Origin: a virus
Taxonomy: Duplodnaviria; Caudoviricetes
Length of the DNA stretch: 36,172 nucleotides
Reading direction: 5' to 3' (one strand)
Virus record (IMG/VR): IMGVR_UViG_3300020045_002064
Span: 1-36,172 of that record
Positions within the stretch are counted from its first letter, which is position 1; the number at the start of each line of letters is the position of its first letter. Shown here in pieces: positions 17,067-27,312 of this stretch. Made by a program: the position numbers and the translations under genes. A model generated the notes under the pieces. The model saw only the letters and a program-made list of their open reading frames with translations, was not told where the DNA came from and did not search any database.

Positions 17067-17084
17067 TCTACCAATAGCAAAAAT
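17067..17084 (+). promoter_or_regulatory. Putative late promoter 4 (tail block)
   Basis: TCTACC-AATAGC-AAAAAT-GCC immediately after the terminator. Confidence 0.65.
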
Positions 17085-17111
17085 GCCTTACCAACTGCAA
17101 GGAGTTGGTCA

Positions 17112-17432
17112 ATGAGAGGCACAAGCGAATCATTCCGTCTTGACGAGGGTGTCAATCGTCACGGCATCCATACGGAACTGATCTTCCAAGGTGACGAGGT
17201 AATCAAGAGCCAAACATACGACGCTCAACCATTCCTTGAGGCTGCGCACCGTGCGCGTGTTGAAACCGCTGGGCAACGCTGGGGTGAGATGCGCAAAGTG
17301 GGAACCATCCCAATGGCTGTGTACGCCAAAGCAATGGAAATCCAAGACCAACAAGAGCGTCAGAAATATGTTCTTGGCTGGTTGAAGGCCAATCCCCTGA
17401 TGGTCACCTTTGACAAATTTTTGCTCAAATGA
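17112..17432 (+). CDS. Hypothetical virion-module protein
   Basis: AAGGAG SD; coupled to the next gene. Confidence 0.75.
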   Translation: MRGTSESFRLDEGVNRHGIHTELIFQGDEVIKSQTYDAQPFLEAAHRARVETAGQRWGEMRKVGTIPMAVYAKAMEIQDQQERQKYVLGWLKANPLMVTFDKFLLK

Positions 17433-18028
17433 ACTACACAGACCTTCAGGCAAACATTGCCACCTACATGCACAGGACTGACCTCACAACGGTCATTCCT
17501 ACATTTATCCAATTGGCTGAAAGCAGCCTGTTTCGTGAGATTTCCCCTCCTGAAACTGAGGTAGTCGCAACAGGTGTGACGGTCTCAGGTTATGCCGTAC
17601 TCCCAGCAGATTTCGGGACTCTCCAGCGCATCACAGTCACCTCTAGCGGTGTCACTCGGGCACTGGAATACATCAACTTGGCGAACGTCGGGACAGAGGT
17701 TCAACAGAACCCCGGTTACTACACGTTTGAGGCTGGAAAGCTCCGCATCTACGGCACTTCAGACGGTCAGGCGTACACGCTTCATTACCTTCCCGGAATG
17801 GAGGCTCTGAGCGACACAAACACCTCCAATTGGTTGCTGGCAAACGCTCCTGACCTGTACCTGTACGCCTCATGTCTTGAGGGTGCGAAGTACATCAGAG
17901 ATGACACGGAAGGCGTGAAGTTGCTGACCCTTGTCACAGCCATGACCGACTCGGTTCGAAGGTTGGCAGAGCGCAAAGGCGTACCGGCTTCCGGGCCATT
18001 ACAGATCAAAGTGAGGAACGCGGTATGA
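17429..18028 (+). CDS. Head-tail adaptor / tail tubular A-like protein
   Basis: YTDLQ..IA....RTDL...IPTFIQLAE, LPADF, NWLL..APDLYLY. Confidence 0.75.
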   Translation: MNYTDLQANIATYMHRTDLTTVIPTFIQLAESSLFREISPPETEVVATGVTVSGYAVLPADFGTLQRITVTSSGVTRALEYINLANVGTEVQQNPGYYTFEAGKLRIYGTSDGQAYTLHYLPGMEALSDTNTSNWLLANAPDLYLYASCLEGAKYIRDDTEGVKLLTLVTAMTDSVRRLAERKGVPASGPLQIKVRNAV

Positions 18029-19359
18029 CCGTCGAAGTCGCAACCTATATTGACACGCTGGATGCCACCTATCCAACGTCAAACGATCCAAAAAGCGAAG
18101 GTGACAACCATCTTCGACTGATCAAAAACGCAATCAAGGCAACGTTTCCAAACATCACTGGCCCGGTCACAAAGACACAGGCGCAACTGAATGCAACTGC
18201 TGGGGATGTAACCGGCCCTGCATCATCTGTTGATAACACATTGCCACGATTTGACAGCACTACCGGGAAACTGCTTCAAAGCTCTGGTGTAACGGTGGAT
18301 GACAGCAACAACATAACAGGCATTGCCTCCATTAACGGCGGTCAGCTTGCAGGGATGCGCAACAAGATCATCAACGGCAAGATGGAGATTGCCCAGCGGG
18401 GGACGAGTTTCCCGGCTGCTGCTGCCACCGCATTTACGCTTGATCGTTGGGCAAATTCCAATATATCAGCGGCAGTATTAACAATATCCCAGCAGGCTGA
18501 TGTTCCATCTGGAAATGAATTCAGGTCTAGCCTGCGGTTTGCAGTAACAACGGCAGATACAAGCATTGCCGCAAGTGATCGCGCAGAGGTGCGGTACGTG
18601 GCTGAAGGATATGACGCACGTGATTTGATAGGGCGCACGTTTACTTTTTCGTTTTGGGTTCGGTCAAGCAAGACGGGTATTCATTGCGCCGCATTCAGAA
18701 ACACGGGTGGTGACAGAAGCTACGTCACAGAATACACAGTCAATGCCGCAAACACATGGGAACAGAAGTCCGTCACAGTTTCAGGTGGTTTGATCACGGC
18801 TGGCACATGGGATTGGACAACCGGGCAGGGTTTGATGATTGCCTTTGCCCTAGCCACAGGGACAACATTCCATGCCGCAAAAGACGCATGGCAAACAGGT
18901 AACTTCCTTGGCACTGCAAACCAAGTCAACGTGCTCGACACAATCGGCAACATCTTTGCAATCACAGGCGTTCAACTTGAGGTCGGCAGCGTTGCAACGC
19001 CTTTTGAGCATCGGCCATTCGGTGCTGAATTGCAGTTGTGTCAGCGGTACTTTGAGAAAAGCTACAACCAAGCAAACGCACCCGGCGCTATCTCTGCGTC
19101 AGATTCAACATATTTTCTTTCGCCCGCAACAAAAGTGGCACAACCTGTTCAGTTCAAAGTTGCAAAACGAGCAATTCCAACTATTACGTTTTATTCGACT
19201 TCAACAGGTGCAACTGGAGTTGCTTATGACGGAATATCAAACATAGCGGTTGGCACTGGTTCTGTTGTGGGTGAAAGCTCAATGCTGATATATGCGTCAG
19301 TCGGCTTCACCGTGAATAGCGAAGTTCGCTCCCACTGGACAGCCTCCGCAGAACTGTAA
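18025..19359 (+). CDS. Tail fibre / receptor-binding protein
   Basis: N-terminal anchor (P...DPKSEGDNHLRLIK...KATFPN), RNKIINGKMEIAQRG module, GVQLEVGSVATPFEHRP...CQRYF. Confidence 0.82.
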   Translation: MTVEVATYIDTLDATYPTSNDPKSEGDNHLRLIKNAIKATFPNITGPVTKTQAQLNATAGDVTGPASSVDNTLPRFDSTTGKLLQSSGVTVDDSNNITGIASINGGQLAGMRNKIINGKMEIAQRGTSFPAAAATAFTLDRWANSNISAAVLTISQQADVPSGNEFRSSLRFAVTTADTSIAASDRAEVRYVAEGYDARDLIGRTFTFSFWVRSSKTGIHCAAFRNTGGDRSYVTEYTVNAANTWEQKSVTVSGGLITAGTWDWTTGQGLMIAFALATGTTFHAAKDAWQTGNFLGTANQVNVLDTIGNIFAITGVQLEVGSVATPFEHRPFGAELQLCQRYFEKSYNQANAPGAISASDSTYFLSPATKVAQPVQFKVAKRAIPTITFYSTSTGATGVAYDGISNIAVGTGSVVGESSMLIYASVGFTVNSEVRSHWTASAEL

Positions 19360-19368
19360 GGAATCACC

Positions 19369-19761
19369 ATGTACCAATTGACAAATTCCACATCGGTTTT
19401 GCGTTTATCCGACAGTGCATGCATACCCGCAGACACGGGAAACACGGACTATCAGGCTTACCTGAAATGGGTAGCTGAAGGCAACACGCCACAACCTGTA
19501 CCACCTACTCCGCAAGTCATTCCGCAGTCAGTGACCATGCGCCAAGCGCGGCTGGCTTTGCTGGCAATCAACAAACTGTCAGCCGTTGACGCAGCCATTG
19601 CAAGCATTGAGCCTGAAGCGCAGCGCCAAGCCATTCAGATCGAATGGGAGTACGCCGCTACCGTAGACAGGGACAGTCCTTGGGTGGCTGGTTTGGCCCC
19701 TGCATTGGGTCTGACAAGCGATGACCTCGACAGTCTGTTTGTGTTCGCTGCTGGGCAGTAA
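19369..19761 (+). CDS. Tail-fibre associated / chaperone-like protein
   Basis: [16 protein letters not shown] and [11 protein letters not shown]...IEWEYA modules. Confidence 0.7.
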   Translation: MYQLTNSTSVLRLSDSACIPADTGNTDYQAYLKWVAEGNTPQPVPPTPQVIPQSVTMRQARLALLAINKLSAVDAAIASIEPEAQRQAIQIEWEYAATVDRDSPWVAGLAPALGLTSDDLDSLFVFAAGQ

Positions 19762-19764
19762 CCC

Positions 19765-21294
19765 ATGAAAGTCAGCTTCAAAAACTGCGGCAAGGGCACT
19801 GTCAAAGATGCCTCGCCTGAAGAACTTGGCACAGACGTTTGGTCTGACAGTTTGAATGTTCGCTTCCGCAACGGATACGCTGAAAAGTTCAGAGGTTTGG
19901 CGCAGGTTTTTGACTCGACTACGGTTCTGCCTAACTGGTTGGGTTACTACGAAATCAGTTCGAAGCGGTATTTCGTCCATGCGTCCGCTGCAAAAGTCTT
20001 TGTAGACGATGGCGTAACAAGGACAGAAATCACCCCTACGTCTGCACCTACCGGCTCCTTCGACAACCGTTGGTCAGGTGGCGTGTATTCCGGTAATTTG
20101 GTGATGAACAACGGTGTTGACGTTCCTACCTACTGGGGCGGGAATGTTGCCAACGACTTGGTTTCTCTCCCCGGCTGGAACTCAGCATGGCGCGCTCAGA
20201 TCATCCGCCCGTTCAAGGAGTACCTGTTAGCGTTCAACGTCACCAAGTCATCGACCAACTACCCGTACATGGTTAAGTGGTCGGCTGCGGGTGTTCCTGG
20301 CTCGATGCCTTCGTCTTGGGATGAGACAGACCTGACAAAAGACGCTGGTGAAAAAGACCTGTCCGAGACAACTGATTTGATTGTTGATGCACTCCCGTTC
20401 GGTGACGGGTTGATTGTCTACAAACAGCGTTCGATGTTTCAGGTGTCATTTATCGGGCAACCGTACATCTTCCGGTTTCAGCGCCTTCAAGGTAGCGATG
20501 GCTTGATGGCTCCGGGTTGTGTCACCGATACCCCAGTAGGTCATGTGTTCGTGTCAAACGGTGATGTGATGCTGTTCAACGGGTCACAAGCAACCTCGAT
20601 TGCTGACGGTGTGGTCAGGGAATATCTGTTCCGCAATATGTCATCCGACTACTACGCTCGGAGTTTCGTGACGACCAATCCACAGAAGCAAGAAGTGTTG
20701 ATCTGCTACCCAGAGGAGGGGCAGCAGTATTGCACCAAGGCAGCTATCTGGAACTGGAAAACAAACACCTGGGCATTCCGTTCACTTCCCTCTGCGACGT
20801 ATGGCGTAACGGGTCAGATTTCATCGTCCATCGGCATCATTCGCTGGTCAGACGATTCTGATTCTTGGGACTCTGACCCATCTATTTGGGTGGAAAACGA
20901 GTACGCAGCAAACGAGGCTAGATGCCTCCTTTCATTCACCGACAAGATCGGCGCGTTTGACATTGGCCCTGATGACTTCGGGACAACCTTCAGTTCATAC
21001 GTCGAAAAGGCTGGCATGTCCTTGGATGACTCGCAAGCCATGAAACTGGTTCGGACTGTCCTACCAAAGTTCGACTCATCCGGTGCAACGATGTCTGTCA
21101 GTGTGGGGTCGTCTGACATTCCAGACGCAACACCTACCTATGCGACTGCATCCGATTTCGTATGCGGTACGGACTTCAAGACTGACGCGATGGTGAATGG
21201 TCGGTATATCGCGGTGAAGTTTTCCAACACCTCAAAAACACCGTGGCGCATCCGTTCGTTTGATCTGGATGTTGTCCCTGCTGGGGTGTACTGA
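19765..21294 (+). CDS. Tail hub / packaged-DNA stabilisation protein (P22 gp10 / tail tubular B-like)
   Basis: 509-aa beta-propeller-like pattern; position before ejection genes. Confidence 0.7.
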   Translation: MKVSFKNCGKGTVKDASPEELGTDVWSDSLNVRFRNGYAEKFRGLAQVFDSTTVLPNWLGYYEISSKRYFVHASAAKVFVDDGVTRTEITPTSAPTGSFDNRWSGGVYSGNLVMNNGVDVPTYWGGNVANDLVSLPGWNSAWRAQIIRPFKEYLLAFNVTKSSTNYPYMVKWSAAGVPGSMPSSWDETDLTKDAGEKDLSETTDLIVDALPFGDGLIVYKQRSMFQVSFIGQPYIFRFQRLQGSDGLMAPGCVTDTPVGHVFVSNGDVMLFNGSQATSIADGVVREYLFRNMSSDYYARSFVTTNPQKQEVLICYPEEGQQYCTKAAIWNWKTNTWAFRSLPSATYGVTGQISSSIGIIRWSDDSDSWDSDPSIWVENEYAANEARCLLSFTDKIGAFDIGPDDFGTTFSSYVEKAGMSLDDSQAMKLVRTVLPKFDSSGATMSVSVGSSDIPDATPTYATASDFVCGTDFKTDAMVNGRYIAVKFSNTSKTPWRIRSFDLDVVPAGVY

Positions 21295-21536
21295 TGAGCC
21301 TCTACATCAAGGGTATTCCCACTGGTACGCCTGAATCGTACCTCTCGTTTGAGTTGGAAAAGGTTCAGAGGGCATTCGCTGACCCAAACGAATTCCTCTT
21401 GTTGCAGAACCGCGCAAAGGCTCCTGAACGGGCGAGAGTAGGCATGGTTGCACTGGCAGACGGTACGAATTGGAACCCCGGATCAGGGGCGGGTGTGTAC
21501 TGCTACCACTCCGGACAATGGAACAAATTGGGCTGA
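21294..21536 (+). CDS. Small virion-module protein
   Basis: ADGTNWNPGSGAGVY motif; TGATG coupling. Confidence 0.7.
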   Translation: MSLYIKGIPTGTPESYLSFELEKVQRAFADPNEFLLLQNRAKAPERARVGMVALADGTNWNPGSGAGVYCYHSGQWNKLG

Positions 21537-21560
21537 TTGATCAGCGGGAAAGGTAAAAAC

Positions 21561-22814
21561 ATGTCAAGTCTTTTCGGAGCTTATGACCCCACTCAGGGGA
21601 CTTACTCTGCCTCGCAAATCTCAGCCCCTGCTGCATCGACTTCACCGGCAATCCTTGATGCAGAACAAGCTGCCCGACAAGCCACTTTGAACCTCGGAAT
21701 GGGGCCAGGATACGCTCAAGGCGTTGACCCTTCCGTCTATCAAACACTGTATTCCACAAACGCGCAGGGGCAGGTTGTTCGCAACTCTGACGGTTATGTT
21801 GCACCGTGGTCTGCAAACCAGATTCAGAACCCCAACGCGCAGCAGTATTACCAACAAAACCCGCAAGAACTGTTCGCCTTGGGTGCTTTGGGTGGTGGCG
21901 GTGGTCAAGGTTACTTTATGGATGCTGGTGTTCGTGGTACTAACCTGAAATATGGGCAGTTGAACCCTGACCAGTGGTATCAAGGATACACATCAAACTT
22001 TGCTGACGGATGGGATCAGAACGTCAACAACGGTTACCGCTGGGCAGGTCAAGACTCGCAACCCGTAGGCCAGAACAAGGCTGGCGGAACGATGAACGCA
22101 GGTGTTAGTTCCGGCGGCAATGTCGGCTCATCCGGTGGCTCTGCTGGCGTTTCTGGTGGTGGCTACGGTGGTGCATCCGGTGGCAGTTCATCCACCACAA
22201 CCACAACACAACCATCAAACACGCTGAACCCTTACCTGACTCAGGCACAACAGGCTTTGACGCAACAGGCAACGGATAACCTGAACCGCAACATCCTCCC
22301 CGGCATTTCCAGTTCTGCCGCGTCTACGGGTAATTTCGGTGGATCGCGTCAGGGCGTGGTTGAAGCAAATGCGATTCGTGATCTGAACCAACAAATCACC
22401 AACGGCATGGCTGGCTTGTCTTACAACGCATACAACTCAGCACTGAATGCAGGGTTGCAACAGCAGTCAATCGACAACTCCTACAACCTTGGACTTGGTA
22501 ACCTGAACCTCGGTTATAAAAACTCCGACAACAATTTCTACACCGCACAACGTGGTCAAGATTTGCAATCTACGGCACTGGGTGCGCAGTTGCTTGGTCA
22601 GAGCAACCAGAACTATCTGAACGCTGGAACCGGCATTTCAAACGTCGGTACATCCATACAGCAAGCCCCTTGGCAGACCATCGGCAACTTCAACAACACC
22701 GTTTCCCCATACACAGGGTTCGGCAGCACGACCACAAACAGCCAAAACGCAAACCCTTGGGCGCAAGCCTTGGGCGGGGCGGCACTTGGCAGCCAAATTG
22801 GCAAGCTCTGGTAA
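21561..22814 (+). CDS. DNA ejection / internal virion protein 1
   Basis: G/Q/N-rich, FGGSRQGVVEA and terminal NPWAQALGGAALG. Confidence 0.7.
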   Translation: MSSLFGAYDPTQGTYSASQISAPAASTSPAILDAEQAARQATLNLGMGPGYAQGVDPSVYQTLYSTNAQGQVVRNSDGYVAPWSANQIQNPNAQQYYQQNPQELFALGALGGGGGQGYFMDAGVRGTNLKYGQLNPDQWYQGYTSNFADGWDQNVNNGYRWAGQDSQPVGQNKAGGTMNAGVSSGGNVGSSGGSAGVSGGGYGGASGGSSSTTTTTQPSNTLNPYLTQAQQALTQQATDNLNRNILPGISSSAASTGNFGGSRQGVVEANAIRDLNQQITNGMAGLSYNAYNSALNAGLQQQSIDNSYNLGLGNLNLGYKNSDNNFYTAQRGQDLQSTALGAQLLGQSNQNYLNAGTGISNVGTSIQQAPWQTIGNFNNTVSPYTGFGSTTTNSQNANPWAQALGGAALGSQIGKLW

Positions 22815-22846
22815 CCAAATTGGCACACTTTTATAAGGGGTAAAGC

Positions 22847-23962
22847 ATGGCACTGTTCGGCACAGATTGGCTAACGGGTGATCTTCTGGGTGCAGCCATT
22901 GGCGCAGTGGCTGGTGCATCAAGCGGCGGCAACGAGTCAAAGCAAAGCACGACCATTGATCCTCGCATTGCAAAGTACATATACGGTGCAGACGGTACAA
23001 CCGGCACACTGGCAGACGCGAACAGCATCTATCAGCAGCAGATGGGTACGGGTGGTCTGAACGACTTGCAGCGGCAAGGTCTGTCAATGGTGCATCAGTA
23101 CCTGACTTCTCCGCAATACATGCAGGGCAATCAGACGCTCTACAACATGGGTACAGACCTTTTGGCTGGTGGTGTGGCGGGTAACCCCTACACCAAAGGG
23201 CAGGGGAGCAAAGGCGGCGGCGCAGCGGTTGGTGGTGGTTTCCAGTTCAACACTCCTGGCTCTGGATCGCTTCAGCCCATCGTCCCACAACGTCCCACCG
23301 CTCCTGTAACAGGCGCACAAGTTGCACCAGTTCAACAACCCGGCATTCAGCCCGGTCAAGGTGGGCAGGGTGGTCGCAACACGCTTTCACAGTCGAATTA
23401 CCAGCCCACTGAGCGACAAGGCGGCGGCTTGGGTGGCGCTGCTCCCGGTGGTCAGGGTATCAGCAACACAGGTGTGAACAACGCCTTGGGTGCGCTTGCA
23501 ATTGGCAGCAACCCGATTGCCCGGATGCTGTCGCCAATGCCAGCTCTGGTAGCTCGGATGGTCGGCGGCTCTATGGCTGACGGTTACGCAGACAAGATGG
23601 GCACAGCAGCAAACAAGCTGGCTGCAAACCAATCAATGACCGATTCAGGCATGGGCACTGTCAGCGATGAGTCGGGCAACGTCCGCACCTACTCAAGCCC
23701 AGCAACGATAGCCGCACAAGACGCAGTGATGAATCTTGGGATGGGCGTTCCACAGCCTGACGCTGGTGTGGATATGGCAAACATCAATGACCGTCACATC
23801 GCTGCTTACCTAGCGTCCATCGGTGGCGGTTCATTGAGCCCAAACGATCCTGGCTATGGCTGGGGTGTGCGTGGTTCTCGCGGTGGCTTCAGCGGTGGTT
23901 ACGGTGGTGGTATCGGTCAATCTGGCGGCAATGCTGCTGGCATGGGCAGCAATCAGGGTTAA
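22847..23962 (+). CDS. DNA ejection / internal virion protein 2
   Basis: N-terminal LLGAAIGAVAG glycine zipper; G/Q-rich low complexity. Confidence 0.65.
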   Translation: MALFGTDWLTGDLLGAAIGAVAGASSGGNESKQSTTIDPRIAKYIYGADGTTGTLADANSIYQQQMGTGGLNDLQRQGLSMVHQYLTSPQYMQGNQTLYNMGTDLLAGGVAGNPYTKGQGSKGGGAAVGGGFQFNTPGSGSLQPIVPQRPTAPVTGAQVAPVQQPGIQPGQGGQGGRNTLSQSNYQPTERQGGGLGGAAPGGQGISNTGVNNALGALAIGSNPIARMLSPMPALVARMVGGSMADGYADKMGTAANKLAANQSMTDSGMGTVSDESGNVRTYSSPATIAAQDAVMNLGMGVPQPDAGVDMANINDRHIAAYLASIGGGSLSPNDPGYGWGVRGSRGGFSGGYGGGIGQSGGNAAGMGSNQG

Positions 23963-23971
23963 GGGGCAAAC

Positions 23972-25204
23972 ATGGCAGGCTTACTAGGCGATACATGGGA
24001 CGACCCCAAAACTCAAGCGGTCATGTCTTTGGCTGCGGGTCTATTGGGCGGCGGCAACTTCGGTCAAGCTCTTGGGCGTGGTTTGGGTGGGTATCAGGAA
24101 ACGATGGGCAACGCCAAGAAACAGGCGCTGCTTGATGAACAGATGCAGTGGAAGCGTGATGAGATGGATCGGGAAAAAGCCAGCCGTCAAACCATGCAAG
24201 AAATGATCGGTCGACTTGACCCACGCCTGCAAGGCATGAATGGCCCTACGGTTGACTTCAAGCCGCGCGAAGTTGATCCGTTCACATCAAGTCTGTATGA
24301 GCTTGCAAAGGCTGACCCGACAAAGTACGGACAGACCTACATTGCTGCGCTCAAGCCCAAAGAAGCCGAGTACAAGACGGTCGGAAACAACTTGCTGAGA
24401 GTCACAGGCAATAAAGCAGAAGAAGTCTATTCGGCTGATGCGAACGACCCAAATCGCCCATTTATGCGCGTGAATGGTCAGATTGTGCCGAACAGTGCGT
24501 ATCAACAGTTTGAGCTTGAAAAGGCGCAACGTGGCGCGGCTCGGACAAACGTCAGCACAGTGGTTGACGCTGCACCAAAAGCCTTCTGGCAAGACTTCGG
24601 CAAGAGTGCAAGCGATACCCTGTTTAAAGAACGAGAGTCCGCACAGGCTGCGGCTGGAACCCTGCAAAGCGTTGCAGAGATTCGCAGGGCTGCGGACGGT
24701 GGTGCGTATCAGGGCGCTGGTGCAGAACTTAAGCTGGGTGCGGCAAAGGCGCTGCAAGGTTTGGGGATGCCTTATGACGCAAAGACAGTAGCGAACAGCG
24801 AACTGTTCAACGCGCAAGCCAATCAGTTTGTGCTGAACAGTATCAAGGGGCTGGGCGCTAACCCATCCAACGCTGACCGTGAGTTTATTGAAAAGACGGT
24901 TCCACGCCTATCAACAGACCCGGCTGCACTCCCTCAGTTGCTGAACTTCATGGAAGGTAAAGCGCGAGGCCAGTTGACCAACTACAACGCAAAGGTTCGG
25001 AACGTGCAAGGTCAGCCCGGTGGGCAAGCCATTCCGTTGAGTTTGGAAGTTCCTATTCCAGAAGTCACCGCACCAAAAGCGCCAGCGTCAGCAATGCCAT
25101 CCTTGCCCACAGCAAACGCAAGCAACAAAGGCAGGGTGATTCTTGATCAACAGACCGGGCAGCGGTTGCGCTCCAACGGTATGCAGTGGATGCCTGAAAA
25201 ATGA
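23972..25204 (+). CDS. DNA ejection / internal virion protein 3 (gp20-like position)
   Basis: MAGLLG...AAGLLGG N-terminus; helical; GANPSNADREF. Confidence 0.65.
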   Translation: MAGLLGDTWDDPKTQAVMSLAAGLLGGGNFGQALGRGLGGYQETMGNAKKQALLDEQMQWKRDEMDREKASRQTMQEMIGRLDPRLQGMNGPTVDFKPREVDPFTSSLYELAKADPTKYGQTYIAALKPKEAEYKTVGNNLLRVTGNKAEEVYSADANDPNRPFMRVNGQIVPNSAYQQFELEKAQRGAARTNVSTVVDAAPKAFWQDFGKSASDTLFKERESAQAAAGTLQSVAEIRRAADGGAYQGAGAELKLGAAKALQGLGMPYDAKTVANSELFNAQANQFVLNSIKGLGANPSNADREFIEKTVPRLSTDPAALPQLLNFMEGKARGQLTNYNAKVRNVQGQPGGQAIPLSLEVPIPEVTAPKAPASAMPSLPTANASNKGRVILDQQTGQRLRSNGMQWMPEK

Positions 25205-27264
25205 GCCGCTACGTATACGCCGACGAGGAACCACAAGGGCGCTACGTCTTTGTGGATGACACACCCACAGTCGTAAAGGCTGGGCGTGAACTGAACGACA
25301 TTCCCCGTCAAGTCGGCTTGACTGCTCGACATGGAATTGAGGGACTTGCAGAGGCTGCGCAACTGGTCACAGAGCCGATTGCAGGTCTTATGCGTATGGG
25401 TGGCATCAACACCAAACCACTGCGCCAGATTGCGTCCGAGTTCTCTGACTCTATCGGTCTGCCTACTCCGCAAAACGCCACTGAAAGAGTGGTTGGCGAT
25501 GCATCCAGATTGGTCGCTGGTGGTGGTGGCGTGATGGGCGCGGCTAGTGGTCTTGCGAGGGGTACATCAGGGATTGCGCAAAACGTATTCAATGCGCTTG
25601 CATCTAATCCATTACAGCAGACCACTGCGGCGGCTGGTGCTGGTTTGGCTGGTGGCGCATCGCGAGAGGCTGGTGGCGGTGATCTTCATCAGGCTGGCGC
25701 GGCTTTGTTGGGTGGCGTTGCTGGTGGTTTGCTTCCTGGCGTGGCAAACACAGCGGCAACAGCAGTAAAAGGGTTCGCAAACAAGCTCACACAGACCCCA
25801 GCGCAAATTGACCAGCAATTAAGTGTTGTGTTTGAGCGTGTTGGCGCTGATTACAGTCAAGTGCCTGAGAAGGTTCGTCAATCACTTCGCAAAGAGGCTG
25901 CAACGGCACTTGCACAAGGCAAAGACCTGAACCCTCAAGCACTGGCACGGCTGGCAGATTTCAAGGCGTTGAACGTCACCCCGACAAAGGGAATGGTCAC
26001 GCTTGACCCTGTGCAGATCACGCGAGAGCAAAACCTTGCCAAGATGGGGGCAAACTCTGCCGATGGTGAGTTGCAAGGTCTTGCAAGAGTTCAAAACGAC
26101 AACAATCAGCGGTTCATTCAAGTACTGAATGAAGGCGGGGCAAACCGTGGGAATGTAGACGCTGCTGGAAACTTGGTTGTCGGTGCTGTAACTGGTCAAA
26201 GAAATGCGCTTCGTAGTGCAGAGCAAGCCGCATGGAACGAGGCTAAAGGTTCACCAGGGTACACACAGCCTATTTCGTCTGGTGTCATCAGCGACATGAA
26301 CGCAGCGCTGGGCAGTGAAGGCTTGATGCCTTTCATGAACCCAACAATTAGCCGCTACATGGAAGCTTTCCAGACCGGGCAACCATTTACCCCGCAGGCT
26401 TACCGCAACCTTCAATCCATGCTGGCTCGGGAAATCTCCAAAGGTGGTAACGAGGGTGCTGCTGCTTCTTTGGCCCGTAGAGTGTTGGAGCAATCAGACC
26501 TTCGCCCTGCTGGGTTTGCTGATGCTGGCAATTCGCTTGTAACGCCTCGTATGGCTGCTGGCATGAGAGCGGCTGATCAAGGCGCAACAGATGCCATTGA
26601 TGCCGTGAACAGGGCTAGGGCTGCAACTCGTTCGGCGTATGCATACGAGGAGTCATCCCCTTTGGTTCGGAGCGTTCTATCTGATGGTGCGACTAGTGAT
26701 CCGCAAAGGATTGCACAGCGTTTTGTGATTGGCGGCACTGCGCGTGAAGCCGCAGACGTTGCCCAACAAGTTGGCCCACAAGGTCAGATTGAAATCAAAA
26801 ATGCGCTGGTTGCACATCTGAAAGAAAAGGCACTGAACCAGAGTGCTGATGAGGTCGGCAAGTTCAGCCAGAGTGCTTACAACAAAGCATTCCAAGACCT
26901 TTCCCGTAGCGGTAAGTTACAACTGTTTTTCAGTCCTGAAGAAATTGGACAGTTAGAGCGTTTGGGTCGGGTGACTTCATACGCTCAAGTTCAGCCTGTT
27001 GGCGCTGCTGTCAATAACAGCAATTCTGGCGCATTGCTGCTTGGTCGTGGTGTTGATGTGTTGAACAAGCTTCCCGTGCTTGGGCCGATGTTTGGGCCAG
27101 CACTGAAAAACATTGATGTGAGCCTTCAGCAACGTGCGGCACAGAACGTCGCACCGGGTCTCTTGGCTAGGCAACCGAAGCAGAGCATCAACAGTGGGTT
27201 GCTTGCGCCTGTCACCGCATACAGCGGCGGGTTACTTGCTGCGCCAATGGTTAATGACCGCTAA
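25201..27264 (+). CDS. DNA ejection / internal virion protein 4 (gp16-like position)
   Basis: 687 aa, Gly/Ala-rich membrane-like segments, VNNSNSG motif near the C-terminus. Confidence 0.7.
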   Translation: MSRYVYADEEPQGRYVFVDDTPTVVKAGRELNDIPRQVGLTARHGIEGLAEAAQLVTEPIAGLMRMGGINTKPLRQIASEFSDSIGLPTPQNATERVVGDASRLVAGGGGVMGAASGLARGTSGIAQNVFNALASNPLQQTTAAAGAGLAGGASREAGGGDLHQAGAALLGGVAGGLLPGVANTAATAVKGFANKLTQTPAQIDQQLSVVFERVGADYSQVPEKVRQSLRKEAATALAQGKDLNPQALARLADFKALNVTPTKGMVTLDPVQITREQNLAKMGANSADGELQGLARVQNDNNQRFIQVLNEGGANRGNVDAAGNLVVGAVTGQRNALRSAEQAAWNEAKGSPGYTQPISSGVISDMNAALGSEGLMPFMNPTISRYMEAFQTGQPFTPQAYRNLQSMLAREISKGGNEGAAASLARRVLEQSDLRPAGFADAGNSLVTPRMAAGMRAADQGATDAIDAVNRARAATRSAYAYEESSPLVRSVLSDGATSDPQRIAQRFVIGGTAREAADVAQQVGPQGQIEIKNALVAHLKEKALNQSADEVGKFSQSAYNKAFQDLSRSGKLQLFFSPEEIGQLERLGRVTSYAQVQPVGAAVNNSNSGALLLGRGVDVLNKLPVLGPMFGPALKNIDVSLQQRAAQNVAPGLLARQPKQSINSGLLAPVTAYSGGLLAAPMVNDR

Positions 27265-27312
27265 AACGCACAGTGCGCCGATGAATCCTAGGAATATGGG
27301 ATCGAAGTGCAT
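27232..27312 (-). CDS. 26-aa antisense membrane peptide (not in ORF track)
   Basis: MHFDPIFLGFIGALCVLAVINHWRSK; CATAAT 6 nt upstream of the ATG. Confidence 0.55.
   Translation of the reverse strand: MHFDPIFLGFIGALCVLAVINHWRSK

Noticed and set aside
18025-19359. Diversity-generating retroelement or invertible tail-fibre system
   Set aside because: No reverse transcriptase, TR/VR pair or invertase seen
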